Shown here piece by piece: positions 1 to 10,045 of a stretch of DNA of 64,000 bases; within the stretch, counting starts at the first letter, position 1, and every line of letters starts with the position of its first letter. Origin of the DNA: an uncultured Spirochaetota bacterium (GTDB taxonomy: Bacteria; Spirochaetota; Brevinematia; Brevinematales; JAOACQ01); contig CAWIGG010000002.1 of the NCBI GenBank assembly GCA_963835575.1, forward strand, positions 1,472,001-1,536,000. The letters run 5' to 3'. The notes under the pieces are model-generated. The model saw only the letters and a list, made by a program, of their open reading frames with translations, made no database searches and was not told where the DNA came from. The translations under genes were made by a program, and so were the position numbers.

Positions 1-285
1 TGTTCTTCACAGGAAGCCGGAAAGCGATGCCCTGACCCCCGGCAGGCCTGGTTGGTGTCCCTCGACATTGCTCGGGAACCAAGATTGCCGAACCACGGGA
101 ACCGGCCCGGCGCATCGGATTGGTATGAAGAATTATGAATAACAGCGTTTCTCTATGTAAATTTTATAAAGCGTACCGGTAATATCCGCTCTACAGCGGC
201 TGAAATGGCGGCATTTTTAATCCCATCAACCTTTTGACTAAATAATAAAAGTGGTTCTTTGTTCTGATAAAAATGCAATATATTC

Positions 286-347
286 AGGGCAGTTCCAAAA
301 CCTATGTTGGAAATATCTGATTTATTTTAAGTTTTTGGAACTGCCCT
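286..347. repeat. MITE/REP-like inverted repeat
   Basis: Perfect 15-bp IR agggcagttccaaaa (286-300) / ttttggaactgccct (333-347); related arms recur near 25687, 25809 and 32602. Confidence 0.7.
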
Positions 348-683
348 TTATTCATAGCATTCTTTTGGAAATATTATTTTCTTAAGCAAAATTTATATTT
401 CCCCAAAAGCGGCCTAAATCATTATCAAAAACAAAAAGGTTTGAGGTGTTTATTTGAGAGAATTAAATGGACTGATAAGGCGAAAATAACGGACAAATCG
501 CCTGATTTGTTATTTTCTATAATTGATAAATTCAAAAAAATAATATATATTATATGCCTGTTTTAATCAATTTATCCAAAAAGTGAAAACAATACATTTT
601 GATTCATTAGTATCTTTATAATCTTTTTCATATTTCTATAATTTCCGTATTTCTCAATAAGCCATGGGGCATTTTATAAATAT

Positions 684-1961
684 GTGAGATATTTTATGAT
701 TAATATAGATTTTTTAATCGGAAAATTGAAGAAATCATTCCATTCTTTAAGCCACAAAAATTACAGGATATTTTTTTCAGGGCAGATAATTTCCCAGATC
801 GGAAGCTGGATGCAGACAATAAGCCTTCCCTGGCTGGCATATTCAATCACCGGTTCTGCTTTACTTCTGGGAGTTATCGGGGCGATGCTTTATTTGCCTA
901 TTCTGTGTTTCTCCCTTTTTGCAGGAGCTGTAATTGACCGGTTTGAAAAAAAGAAAATACTAATTTTTACCCAGAGCGCCCTGACACTAATTGCGTTTGT
1001 TTTAGCTTTCCTTGTTTTTTCTCATCTGATCCAGTACTGGCATCTGGTAATTTTGTCGCTGGCAATTGGTTTGATTAATACCCTGGATTTTCCTGTCCGT
1101 CAGTCTTTTATTGTTGAAATGATTGGAAAAAACGATTTAATGAACGTAATCGGGCTTAATTCCGCCGTCCATAACGGGGCGCGTATCGTCGGCCCGGCCA
1201 TCGCAGGGATATTAATGGCCGGTTTAGGGATCGGGTGGTGCTTTTTGATAAACGCCCTTAGTTTTCTGCCTTTGATTACCGGGTTGTTTTTTATCAAGCC
1301 GGTTTTCAGTTACATAAAAGGGAAAAGTAATACCAATATTCTGAGTGATATTTACAATGGGATAAAGTATATATTTTCAGAAAACATTCTTTTGAAGACT
1401 ATTATTACTGTTTTTATCATAGGCACCTTTATTATGAATTTTAATGTGCTGGTGCCTGTTCTCGCTAAAGCCGGCCTGCACCTGAAAGAACAGGGATTTG
1501 GGTTTTTATGGTCCTGCATGGGTGTAGGTTCTCTTATTGGTGCCCTGGTTATATCCGCAAGAAGTAAACATGGGCCTAAAAATATTGTACTGACCGGGGC
1601 AGGGTTCGTGGTTTCAGTAATATTTATAATAATAGGCTTGACAAGCAATTTAGTTTTATCCTCTATTTTACTTGCCCTTTCCGGATTTATAACGGTGTTA
1701 TTTATGACTTCCGCTAATTCAGCCCTTCAAATAAATTCAAAAGATGAATACAGGAGCAGGGTGATAAGCGTTTATATGCTTGTCAATGCCGGGACAACAC
1801 CTATAGGAAACCTGGCAGCTGGGGGACTGAGCCAGGTTTTTGGGATTAGAATATGTTTTATAACCATCGGCATCGGGGTTTTATTAATGCTTTCCTTACT
1901 TTTCTTTGTTAATTCTAAAGCAAAAGCAAAAGAATTGCCTTTAATTATCAAAAGCTCGTGA
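684..1961 (+). CDS. MFS transporter (MFS_3/enterobactin-exporter-like)
   Basis: About 12 hydrophobic segments; motif A-like GAVIDRFEKK; N-terminal NYRIFFSGQIISQIGSWMQ typical of the family; start may be ATG 696. Confidence 0.9.
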   Translation: MRYFMINIDFLIGKLKKSFHSLSHKNYRIFFSGQIISQIGSWMQTISLPWLAYSITGSALLLGVIGAMLYLPILCFSLFAGAVIDRFEKKKILIFTQSALTLIAFVLAFLVFSHLIQYWHLVILSLAIGLINTLDFPVRQSFIVEMIGKNDLMNVIGLNSAVHNGARIVGPAIAGILMAGLGIGWCFLINALSFLPLITGLFFIKPVFSYIKGKSNTNILSDIYNGIKYIFSENILLKTIITVFIIGTFIMNFNVLVPVLAKAGLHLKEQGFGFLWSCMGVGSLIGALVISARSKHGPKNIVLTGAGFVVSVIFIIIGLTSNLVLSSILLALSGFITVLFMTSANSALQINSKDEYRSRVISVYMLVNAGTTPIGNLAAGGLSQVFGIRICFITIGIGVLLMLSLLFFVNSKAKAKELPLIIKSS

Positions 1962-2093
1962 GTATTCCAATATATGTATGAAAAATAACCGTTTTATTTG
2001 TTAGAATATATAGTTCTAACAAGGAAATAAACCGTTTTACTCTGCGGAATAAAAATAGAAAAAACATCGTTTAAAAAAATATTGGACAACATA

Positions 2094-2148
2094 TTGACTT
2101 ATTTAACACGGCATGTTATTATTATATTAGACAATATAATGTCTAATA
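2094..2148 (+). promoter_or_regulatory. Sigma70 promoter with overlapping palindromic (likely MarR) operator
   Basis: TTGACT (2094-2099), 17 bp, TATTAT (2117-2122) with extended TG; perfect IR tattagaca-N6-tgtctaata (2125-2148). Confidence 0.7.
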
Positions 2149-2163
2149 AAAGAGGATATTTTT

Positions 2164-2733
2164 ATGGAGAATTCCAGGAAGATTTTTTTAATGGAGCAGA
2201 TTGCCGCGACGCTTTTCTCCCTTACCAATAAGCTCCAGGTAAAAGGCGATAAATACCTGAAAAGCCTGACATCAAGGCAGTTTATGTCGATGATGGCAAT
2301 CATTCATATACCGGAAGATGAGACAACATTGAATAATATAGCAAGGAAGCTGGGTACGACCAAACAGAATGTGAAGCAGATAATAACATGCCTGGAAAAG
2401 AAAGGATATGTTTCCACTATCCCCAGTCAGCATGATAAGCGCGCGGTCAATACTAAAATTACAGAGTCCGGGAAACAGGTTATACTGGAATGCGGTGAAA
2501 GAGGTATGTACTTTTTTTTAGATCTTTTTAAAGATCTCACAATGGAAGAAATGGAAATATTGTGGAACTTGCTGAAGAAACTGTATCGTTTTGACGGAGT
2601 TGAGCAGGATGGGTTTGAAGAAGAAATTGATTTGAATATGGGAGAAGCTCAAAATGAAGCTCAAACGAGAGTATTAAATGAATTTGAAAAACAAAATAAT
2701 CGTTCTGAAACGGACGGGAATCAAAATATATAA
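2164..2733 (+). CDS. MarR family transcriptional regulator
   Basis: wHTH IARKLGTTKQNVKQIITCLEKKGYV and DKR wing motif; SD agagga. Confidence 0.9.
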   Translation: MENSRKIFLMEQIAATLFSLTNKLQVKGDKYLKSLTSRQFMSMMAIIHIPEDETTLNNIARKLGTTKQNVKQIITCLEKKGYVSTIPSQHDKRAVNTKITESGKQVILECGERGMYFFLDLFKDLTMEEMEILWNLLKKLYRFDGVEQDGFEEEIDLNMGEAQNEAQTRVLNEFEKQNNRSETDGNQNI

Positions 2734-2783
2734 AAAATCCACTGTGAGTGGCTTATACAATATTAAATTTGGAGGTTTTTTCA

Positions 2784-4061
2784 ATGAAATTACAGATTGA
2801 ACCATTGGCGGCGCTTTGTGACAAAAAGGTCGGCATTTCTGTTTCCGGGCTGCCGCCCTTCGGTAAAGTAAAAATAAGCGCTTCAATGTGTCTGCCCTGG
2901 GCAAAAAGCGTACTATATGAATCATTTGCCTGGTTTACCGCGGATTCAAGCGGTAATTTGGATTTATCAAAGCAGAAACCGGATTCCGGGACCTATGATT
3001 TTGTAGATAGTATGGGCTTGATTGCATCCATGAAAAGCAAGGATAAAAACGCAATTAAAAACATAGGGCAAAATATTTCCGTGAGTAATAGTATGTTCAT
3101 TGATATAATAGCAGAATGTGAACAAGACAGGGAATGCGTAAAATTGGAACGGTTGTTTATGGCCAAGGAAGTTAAAAGCCAAAAAATATCAGATGAATTT
3201 ATCGGCGAATTGTTCTATACTGAAAATTCCGGCAATAAAACAATTATATTTCTGGGCGGTTCAGGAAGCGGCCTCGGTGTAAATTCACCGATCGCCGCCT
3301 TATTAGCCTCTCATGGTTTTAATGTTCTATCCTTGCCCTATTTTAATGAAAAGGGGCTGCCTGCCCGGCTTTCAGAGATTCCGCTCGAATATTTTGAAAG
3401 GGTATTCTCATGGCTTTCAAAAAATCCAATTACAAGCGGAAAAGAGATCAATCTCCTGGGAATGTCCAAAGGCGGTGAGCTGGCAATGCTCCTCGCGTCA
3501 AGGTATCCATTCATTACCAAGGCGGCATTGTGGGCGCCGCATGCGTATTGCTTTCAAGGGCTTGCCTTCAAGAATGTCTCATCATGGACATACAAAGGAA
3601 AATCTTTGCCTTATATACGGTTGAAGAGCCGTTGGCTATTTACAAATATAATCAGCTGCATCATTAAGAACGAACCTTTCGGATTCACATACATATACAG
3701 AAGGGGGTTGAACACTGCGAAGAACAAGGAAGCCGCGCGAATTAAGATAGAAAATGCCCGGGCCGATCTGCTGTTGTTTACCAACAAGCAAAACAACATG
3801 TGGAATTCTTACGACGGCTGTGTCCAGATAATGAATACATTGCAGAAAAGCAATTACCGGCATAAATATAATCTGGTTGTCTATGAAGACGCAGGCGAAA
3901 CGTTTTATGTCCCATACGTGATACCATACGGAGAGGCAACGGTTAAGATTGCCCCCAGGCTTTCGTTTTCTCTCGGCGGCACCCCGGAAGGAAACGCGCA
4001 TCTACAGGCCGATTCATGGGAGAAAACAATTGAGTTCTTTCGTGACGCTAAAAAGAAATGA
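2784..4061 (+). CDS. Acyl-CoA thioesterase/BAAT-family alpha/beta hydrolase
   Basis: BAAT N-domain (FTADSSGNLDLS...DSMGL), GMSKGG nucleophile elbow; start placed at ATG 2784 after SD ggagg. Confidence 0.85.
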   Translation: MKLQIEPLAALCDKKVGISVSGLPPFGKVKISASMCLPWAKSVLYESFAWFTADSSGNLDLSKQKPDSGTYDFVDSMGLIASMKSKDKNAIKNIGQNISVSNSMFIDIIAECEQDRECVKLERLFMAKEVKSQKISDEFIGELFYTENSGNKTIIFLGGSGSGLGVNSPIAALLASHGFNVLSLPYFNEKGLPARLSEIPLEYFERVFSWLSKNPITSGKEINLLGMSKGGELAMLLASRYPFITKAALWAPHAYCFQGLAFKNVSSWTYKGKSLPYIRLKSRWLFTNIISCIIKNEPFGFTYIYRRGLNTAKNKEAARIKIENARADLLLFTNKQNNMWNSYDGCVQIMNTLQKSNYRHKYNLVVYEDAGETFYVPYVIPYGEATVKIAPRLSFSLGGTPEGNAHLQADSWEKTIEFFRDAKKK

Positions 4062-4153
4062 TCGGTTAAGATACATCTCATCTGGAAATTCTATACTCGA
4101 CCGAAGCCGCGGTAAGAATTTCTTTTTTTTATTTTCAAATTGAACACAAAACT

Positions 4154-4261
4154 TTTGCTGACGGCCGCCGCCATGAAGTGTTTGCGCTTGCTATGATTTA
4201 TAATACGCTGGAATACTTCAACATTGATCCTTCGAGAATATACATTACCGGCGCATCATAA
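4154..4261 (+). pseudogene. Fragment of an esterase/PHB-depolymerase-like hydrolase
   Basis: Translates ...YFNIDPSRIYITGAS-stop, the IDxxRIYxTGxS motif truncated at the nucleophile elbow; no start codon. Confidence 0.5.
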
Positions 4262-4659
4262 AGAACAGCTTTCCGGCGGAATAATATCCCGGTATCCGGG
4301 GCAACCGCCTCCGCAGTCTGCCGGACAGACAACCGGGATGATGAAAAACAGCAGCTCCTTCCACTTCATTTTTAAAAGTCATTCTATTAAGTTTGATCTG
4401 TTTCACAAAATTGATGGTTTTTCTTTTGCATTTTTACCTGCCGGTAATTATAATTTTTCTTATCAGTCAGTTTATCACAATTTATTATTGTTTTCAGCTT
4501 TACGCTTTAAACTTTAAGCTTTATAATACCATGTTGGTTTCTCGAATTGCATTGACAAAAAATATTATTTTATGTTTTTAGAACCGCCCATAATCAATTC
4601 ATTAGAAGCTCAAATTCATCATTTCCTTTATCAGCTCAATTTAAAAAAGGGAGGCTTTT

Positions 4660-6195
4660 ATGAGTTATATATTAAAGAAAGTATGGTTCTTATTCTTTTT
4701 AATTTTTTATGCCGTGTTCGGCTGCAGTTCAAAAGAGGACTCCAGGCCTGCATCCCATGCGGGCTCATTTTATCCCTCCGACAGTGAAGAGCTCCGGAAA
4801 ATGCTGGATTATTTTTTAAGCCGCGTAAAAATTGAAATCGAAGGCAGGCCGGACGCAATTATTGTTCCGCATGCGGGATATGTATACAGCGGTGAAACAG
4901 CCGCTTACGCCTACTCCACGCTGAAAGGCCGCGGCATCAAAAGAGTCATACTGCTGGCCACATCGCATTATGCCTATCTGAACGGCGTAGTCATCAATGA
5001 AAAGCCTTACGAAACGCCATTGGGTATTTATAAAGTGGATACCAAAGCGATCAACATATTAAAAAATGAGAAATTCAGCCGGGTCACCAACTCAATAGCT
5101 TCCACACAGGAGCACAGCGATGAAGTTCAGATCCCTTTCCTGCAGAAAGTCCTGCCGGATGCCCTGCTTGTACCTATTATTGTCGGCTATCTGACTGACG
5201 AAGATTTTATGGAAACTGCAAAAGCCCTCAATAAAATCATTGATGATAAGACGGTCATTGTCGTCAGTTCGGATTTTACACATTACGGCGATCAATTCAA
5301 TTATAAGCCCGATTTCGGCAGGAAGAGCGTTCCGGAAGGGATCTCAAATCTGGACGGAAAAGCGATCGAATTCATTACAAACAGGGATTCCAGGGGTTTT
5401 CTGGAATATATTCAAAAGACACAGTCAACCATCTGCGGGGCCAACCCGATCGCTTTGCTCCTCAGAACGCTGGAAGAAAAGGATTATCCTTATAAAGGCA
5501 ATCTTCTCAAATACACAAGGAGCGGCGATCTCACAAAGGATTTCAGCAACAGTGTAAGCTATGCCGCTATACTCTTCGGCGATGTCCAGACGATCAATGA
5601 AAAAAAGGCGCAAAAACCTTCGATTGATGAAAAACTTATTAATGAAGAGGAAGAAAAAACTCTTCTTAATCTTTCCCGTTATGTCCTCCTTGAATTTGTG
5701 AAAAAAGGCATAACAAACTTTACAGATGAAAAATTAAAGAATTTCAAATTTACCGGCGGCCTGAGGCAGAACCTGGGCGTTTTTGTGACGCTGACAAAGC
5801 ATGAAGACCTGAGGGGCTGCATCGGATATATTACAGGCCGGGAAGAACTCTATAAATCGGTGATTGCCAATACCATAAACGCGGCGGCGAACGATCCCCG
5901 CTTTCCGCAGGTGGCGGAAAACGAATTAAAGGATATTAAAATCGAAATTTCAGTCATGACGCCGCTGGTCAAAATAAATTCACTGGATGAAATCAAGGTC
6001 GGCAGGGACGGACTTTATCTTATAAACGGCGGTTATGGCGGTGTTTTTCTGCCCCAGGTCCCGCTGGAATGGAACTGGGACAAAACGACATACCTGGAAG
6101 AGCTCGGCCTTAAGGCGGGTATGTCAACCAACGCTTACAAGGATAAGAATACAGTTATTTACCGTTTTTCAGCGCAGGTCTTCGGTGAAAAATGA
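4660..6195 (+). CDS. AmmeMemoRadiSam protein B (Memo) - protein A (AMMECR1) fusion with lipoprotein-type signal
   Basis: Memo motifs AGSFYP, PHAGY, EHS, SSDFTHYG, TICG; AMMECR1 LRGCIG and DPRF; N-terminal KK-hydrophobic-VFGC. Confidence 0.92.
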   Translation: MSYILKKVWFLFFLIFYAVFGCSSKEDSRPASHAGSFYPSDSEELRKMLDYFLSRVKIEIEGRPDAIIVPHAGYVYSGETAAYAYSTLKGRGIKRVILLATSHYAYLNGVVINEKPYETPLGIYKVDTKAINILKNEKFSRVTNSIASTQEHSDEVQIPFLQKVLPDALLVPIIVGYLTDEDFMETAKALNKIIDDKTVIVVSSDFTHYGDQFNYKPDFGRKSVPEGISNLDGKAIEFITNRDSRGFLEYIQKTQSTICGANPIALLLRTLEEKDYPYKGNLLKYTRSGDLTKDFSNSVSYAAILFGDVQTINEKKAQKPSIDEKLINEEEEKTLLNLSRYVLLEFVKKGITNFTDEKLKNFKFTGGLRQNLGVFVTLTKHEDLRGCIGYITGREELYKSVIANTINAAANDPRFPQVAENELKDIKIEISVMTPLVKINSLDEIKVGRDGLYLINGGYGGVFLPQVPLEWNWDKTTYLEELGLKAGMSTNAYKDKNTVIYRFSAQVFGEK

Positions 6196-7262
6196 GCCCT
6201 AAAAAAAGAAGATGGCTCTCCAGCATTTTATTATTGGCGATCCTTGCGGCCCTTTCTATTATTTCCTATTTAAACCGGACCGAAATGCTCATCATTGCGC
6301 TCCTCTGGTCTCTATTCATTTCCGGCACACATTATATGATACTGAACACAGGCCGGATATACATGTACCGTTCTTTTTATTTTATCATTCTCGCCGCCGC
6401 CTTCATCCTCGGCTTCCGCCTGACCGCTAATGAAAGCACATTGTCCCCTTACTGCCATATAGGCCTTGCCGGGAATATCATCCATACTCTTTATAACCAG
6501 TTTTTAGCCGTTATCAACTCCACATGGGCAAGGTTCGGCTCTCTCAGCATCGGGTTTCTCTGGCTTCTTGTGATCGTCATTAACGGCGGAGGTTTCTGCA
6601 GCTATACCTGCTTTTTCGGCGGGATCGACGAGGGCTTTTCCAGACTTCTGAAAAAACCTCTTATTCATCTTCCCCCCTCTAAAAAATTCAGGGAATTTCA
6701 AATCGCTTCTCTCATATTCTTTGCCTTTATTTCTTTTACTTCCATTGAACCCATTTTCTGCTTATGGGTGTGCCCGCTTAAAACAACAAACACGATACTG
6801 AACCCGGAATCCCCGGCATGGCTCGTTCAGAATATCCTTTACATTTCAATCGGTCTGGCTTCCCTGGTAGTCATGCCGATCCTGACAAAAAAGAGAACTT
6901 TCTGCAGTATTATCTGCCCGTTCGGGGCAATTCCTCCTCTGCTTGCACGGATCAACCCCTATAAAATGAGCCTGGATGAAAAAAAATGCACCGGCTGCGG
7001 ACAGTGCCTGCAAGCCTGCCCCTCATTCGCCATTGAGAATTTTCAGGATAAGATCAAAATAAACCGTTACTGTACCCTATGCGGGAAATGCCTGGAAAAA
7101 TGCGCTCAAGGCGCGATCAAGACAACCCTTTTTAATAAGAAGGAATCAGATTTAATGGCAACTGTTTCCCTGGCCATAGGCGGCGGTATATCGATTTTTA
7201 TTATTCCGAAAGCTTTGATGAACCTGATAGAATGGTTTTTCAAACTGCCGAAGGCAGGTTGA
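6192..7262 (+). CDS. Membrane 4Fe-4S protein (NapH/MauN-like)
   Basis: TM helices, CxxxCP motifs (CLWVCP, CSIICP) and two CxxCxxCxxxC ferredoxin motifs; ATGA overlap with upstream gene. Confidence 0.85.
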   Translation: MSPKKRRWLSSILLLAILAALSIISYLNRTEMLIIALLWSLFISGTHYMILNTGRIYMYRSFYFIILAAAFILGFRLTANESTLSPYCHIGLAGNIIHTLYNQFLAVINSTWARFGSLSIGFLWLLVIVINGGGFCSYTCFFGGIDEGFSRLLKKPLIHLPPSKKFREFQIASLIFFAFISFTSIEPIFCLWVCPLKTTNTILNPESPAWLVQNILYISIGLASLVVMPILTKKRTFCSIICPFGAIPPLLARINPYKMSLDEKKCTGCGQCLQACPSFAIENFQDKIKINRYCTLCGKCLEKCAQGAIKTTLFNKKESDLMATVSLAIGGGISIFIIPKALMNLIEWFFKLPKAG

Positions 7263-7274
7263 TTAAAAAGGAGA

Positions 7275-7889
7275 GTGAAAATGTTTAAAGAAACCCTGCA
7301 GATCCTGCTGGAGGGATTTATACTTGGGCTTTCTACGGGAGGATATTGCTTTATCACATGCGCCCCATTTTTACTGCCGTATGTTTTAATGACCAGGAGG
7401 ATATCTTCTTTTTTAAGCTTTATTGCCGGCCGTTTTCTCTCTTATATGGTTTTTGCTGTAATCGCGGGTTTTATCGGAATATTCCTGGAAGGCGGTTTAA
7501 AAAGAATATCAGCAGTTTTCCTAATCATCGCATCCCTATGCATGATTTTTTTCTCAATATTCCATCTCTCTCCCGAAAGCCCATTCTGCAGACCATGGAT
7601 TGAAAGCGGCCGTTTGAAAAATTTCCCGTTCTTTGCCGGCATCCTTCTGGGCTTGAATCTTTGCCCGCCGTTTATTGCCGGAATGGCCCGGGTAACAGGC
7701 CTGGGAAGCGTCTGGAAGAGCATTGTTTTTTTTATAAGCTTCTTTACGGCCACCACGGTCTTTCTCCTTCCCGCTCTTATTCCTGTCCCCTTTTTTAAGA
7801 CGGAATTCTTCAAAAGGCTTGGCTCCTATCTCGGCATACTGGCCGGAATATGGTTTATAATACAGGGAATTATCGGGGTATTCAAATGA
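7275..7889 (+). CDS. DsbD_2/UreH-like (TauE/SafE-like) membrane protein
   Basis: About 6 TM; GLSTGGYCFITCAP and GLNLCPP Cys motifs. Confidence 0.75.
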   Translation: MKMFKETLQILLEGFILGLSTGGYCFITCAPFLLPYVLMTRRISSFLSFIAGRFLSYMVFAVIAGFIGIFLEGGLKRISAVFLIIASLCMIFFSIFHLSPESPFCRPWIESGRLKNFPFFAGILLGLNLCPPFIAGMARVTGLGSVWKSIVFFISFFTATTVFLLPALIPVPFFKTEFFKRLGSYLGILAGIWFIIQGIIGVFK

Positions 7890-10045
7890 TGCTTTTTTTA
7901 TTAGGATTTATTTCCATCATTTCACAATCGATTTTTTTAAAAGAACTTTCCGTCGTTTTCCGGAATAACGAAGCGGTTATCGGCATACTTTTTTTCTGGT
8001 GGCTAACCGGCTCAGGCCTCGGCAGCGCTTTATACAAAAACCTGCCGGAAAAAATAAGAAAGGCTCCCTATTCGGGACTTCTTTTATTATTGACCGCCTC
8101 TGTTTTACAGATTATTTTTATATATGCCGTCCGCGTTTCCGTCGGTTTCTTTCTGTATACAGCGGAACCGGATATGGTTCTCTTATTCCTCTTACCGGCT
8201 TTATTCCTTCTTCCGGTATCCTTTTTTATCGGAATGGCTTTTCCATCCCTGACTGTAAGTTCCCTGCCGGTCAAAACAACGTTTTCCTACTTTCTGGAAA
8301 CATCCGGCTTCTTTACAGGCGGCATGATCTTCTCCCTTTGGATCGCCGGTAATTTCGATTCCATCCTGGTTGCAGACATTATTTTAATAACTGTATTAGT
8401 TACATCATCTCTTTTCTTTATAAATAAAGTGAACAGGAAACTGTTTATTCTTTCCGGGATCCTTTTTATATTAAGTCTTGCCTTCCTTATTAACAGCAAA
8501 TTCCTGATTGATGTTTCAAGGCGCCTGGAATGGAGAAGTTCAAATCTTCTGGATTCCGGAGATTCAAAATACGGGAATATAGCCCTTGTAGATAACCGGG
8601 GCTTAAAAACACTGTATTATAACGGAAAGGTCCTCGCGAACGAACCTGCCGTTTTGCTTTCCGAAGAGAAGGCCAATATCCCCGCAATGGTCCAGGGTAA
8701 ACCGGCGCGCATTCTCATCATCGGCTATGCCGAACCCGGTTTGACAGAGGAGCTGTTGAAATATCAGCCGGAAATAATCGTCAATCTATTCATTGATGAA
8801 AAGCTTGCCGGGATTTCCCGTAAATATTTCAACGGCAGCAGCCGTATTAAATTGATTTCAATCGATCCCTCAATCTGGGTCAAAAAGGCTGGAGAGCAGT
8901 ATGACCTTATTCTGCTCAACATGCCTCTGCCGGATACCATTTCGGACAGCCGGTATTACATGCCTGCTTTTTTTAAAAATCTGAAAAGAATCCTGAAAGG
9001 CGGAGGAGTTCTAGCCATACCCCTGTTCTATGAGGAAAATTTTATATCAACCGAAACCAGAAATAATATCAGATTAATATACAGAGAATTGGAAGCTGTT
9101 TATCAATACACTGAAATGCTTCCGATGGAAAATATTTATCTTCTGGCTTCTGACCTGAAAATGAATATTACAAAGGAATACCTCAAAAAATCAATTGTTG
9201 AAAGAGAGAAGGCTTTCAATTTCAAAAAATTAAACTTTGCTTATATCAGCTATAATCTGGATGAGAATAGACAAAGGCAGATCACAGGAGAAATAACCAA
9301 TCGGGCATATCCGTATGAAGAAAGCAAAAATGCCGATTTCCGGATTTATCAAAATACCTTCAAAAAATGGCTCAAGACAAGCATTCAAGGCAAATGGTTT
9401 CCCCTTATTATTCTTCTGGCAGCGGCCGGGTTTATCATATATAGGACCCGGTTCCGTCTTGTTAAATTCTTCATGCCCGGCAGAGAAGGAGTAATCCTCT
9501 TTCTCACCGCGTTCTGCGGGATTGCCGGAGAGCTTCTGCTTATCTATCTCTATCAATTTCTTTTCGGCTATGTCTATACGGCTTTTGCCATGCTGGTGGC
9601 TTTTTTTATGCTCGGTATGAGCCTGGGCTCCGGCTGGGTCATCCGGAGAAATAAATTTCTTTCAGGTCGTAAATTTTATATCCTTCTCACTCTGGCATGG
9701 TTCATATTAATCGGAGCGCTTTTCTATGCTTACGATTATGATATTTTACAAATCAGGAGTAATCCGAGATTTATTACCGGAACATTTTTTTATATCCTGC
9801 TTTTAATCGGCGGGTTCCTGAACGGGGCGATTTTCAATCTCATCGCCGGAAGGATTGAAATAAAACATGAAGCCGCCGTTACGGCCGTAAAGACCTATTC
9901 CTATGATCTGTACGGCTCGGCGCTCGGCTCGCTTCTCTGCGCTTCCATAATATTTCCTTTTTTTGGATTTATTGGCGGCGTATTTTTCATGCTGGTTATA
10001 TTATTGATTATAAACATCTTTATCTGGAAAATGAAATATGAATAA
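7886..10045 (+). CDS. Fused membrane / spermidine-synthase-like protein
   Basis: TM block, central aminopropyltransferase-like domain (DSKYGNI, ILIIG, YDLILLNMP, LKGGG), TM block ending YSYDLYGS; start at ATGA overlap 7886. Confidence 0.8.
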   Translation: MMLFLLGFISIISQSIFLKELSVVFRNNEAVIGILFFWWLTGSGLGSALYKNLPEKIRKAPYSGLLLLLTASVLQIIFIYAVRVSVGFFLYTAEPDMVLLFLLPALFLLPVSFFIGMAFPSLTVSSLPVKTTFSYFLETSGFFTGGMIFSLWIAGNFDSILVADIILITVLVTSSLFFINKVNRKLFILSGILFILSLAFLINSKFLIDVSRRLEWRSSNLLDSGDSKYGNIALVDNRGLKTLYYNGKVLANEPAVLLSEEKANIPAMVQGKPARILIIGYAEPGLTEELLKYQPEIIVNLFIDEKLAGISRKYFNGSSRIKLISIDPSIWVKKAGEQYDLILLNMPLPDTISDSRYYMPAFFKNLKRILKGGGVLAIPLFYEENFISTETRNNIRLIYRELEAVYQYTEMLPMENIYLLASDLKMNITKEYLKKSIVEREKAFNFKKLNFAYISYNLDENRQRQITGEITNRAYPYEESKNADFRIYQNTFKKWLKTSIQGKWFPLIILLAAAGFIIYRTRFRLVKFFMPGREGVILFLTAFCGIAGELLLIYLYQFLFGYVYTAFAMLVAFFMLGMSLGSGWVIRRNKFLSGRKFYILLTLAWFILIGALFYAYDYDILQIRSNPRFITGTFFYILLLIGGFLNGAIFNLIAGRIEIKHEAAVTAVKTYSYDLYGSALGSLLCASIIFPFFGFIGGVFFMLVILLIINIFIWKMKYE

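Noticed and set aside
1..130. GC-rich structured RNA at the window start
   Set aside because: Truncated by the window edge; looks like REP-like debris and matches no RNA family I can support.
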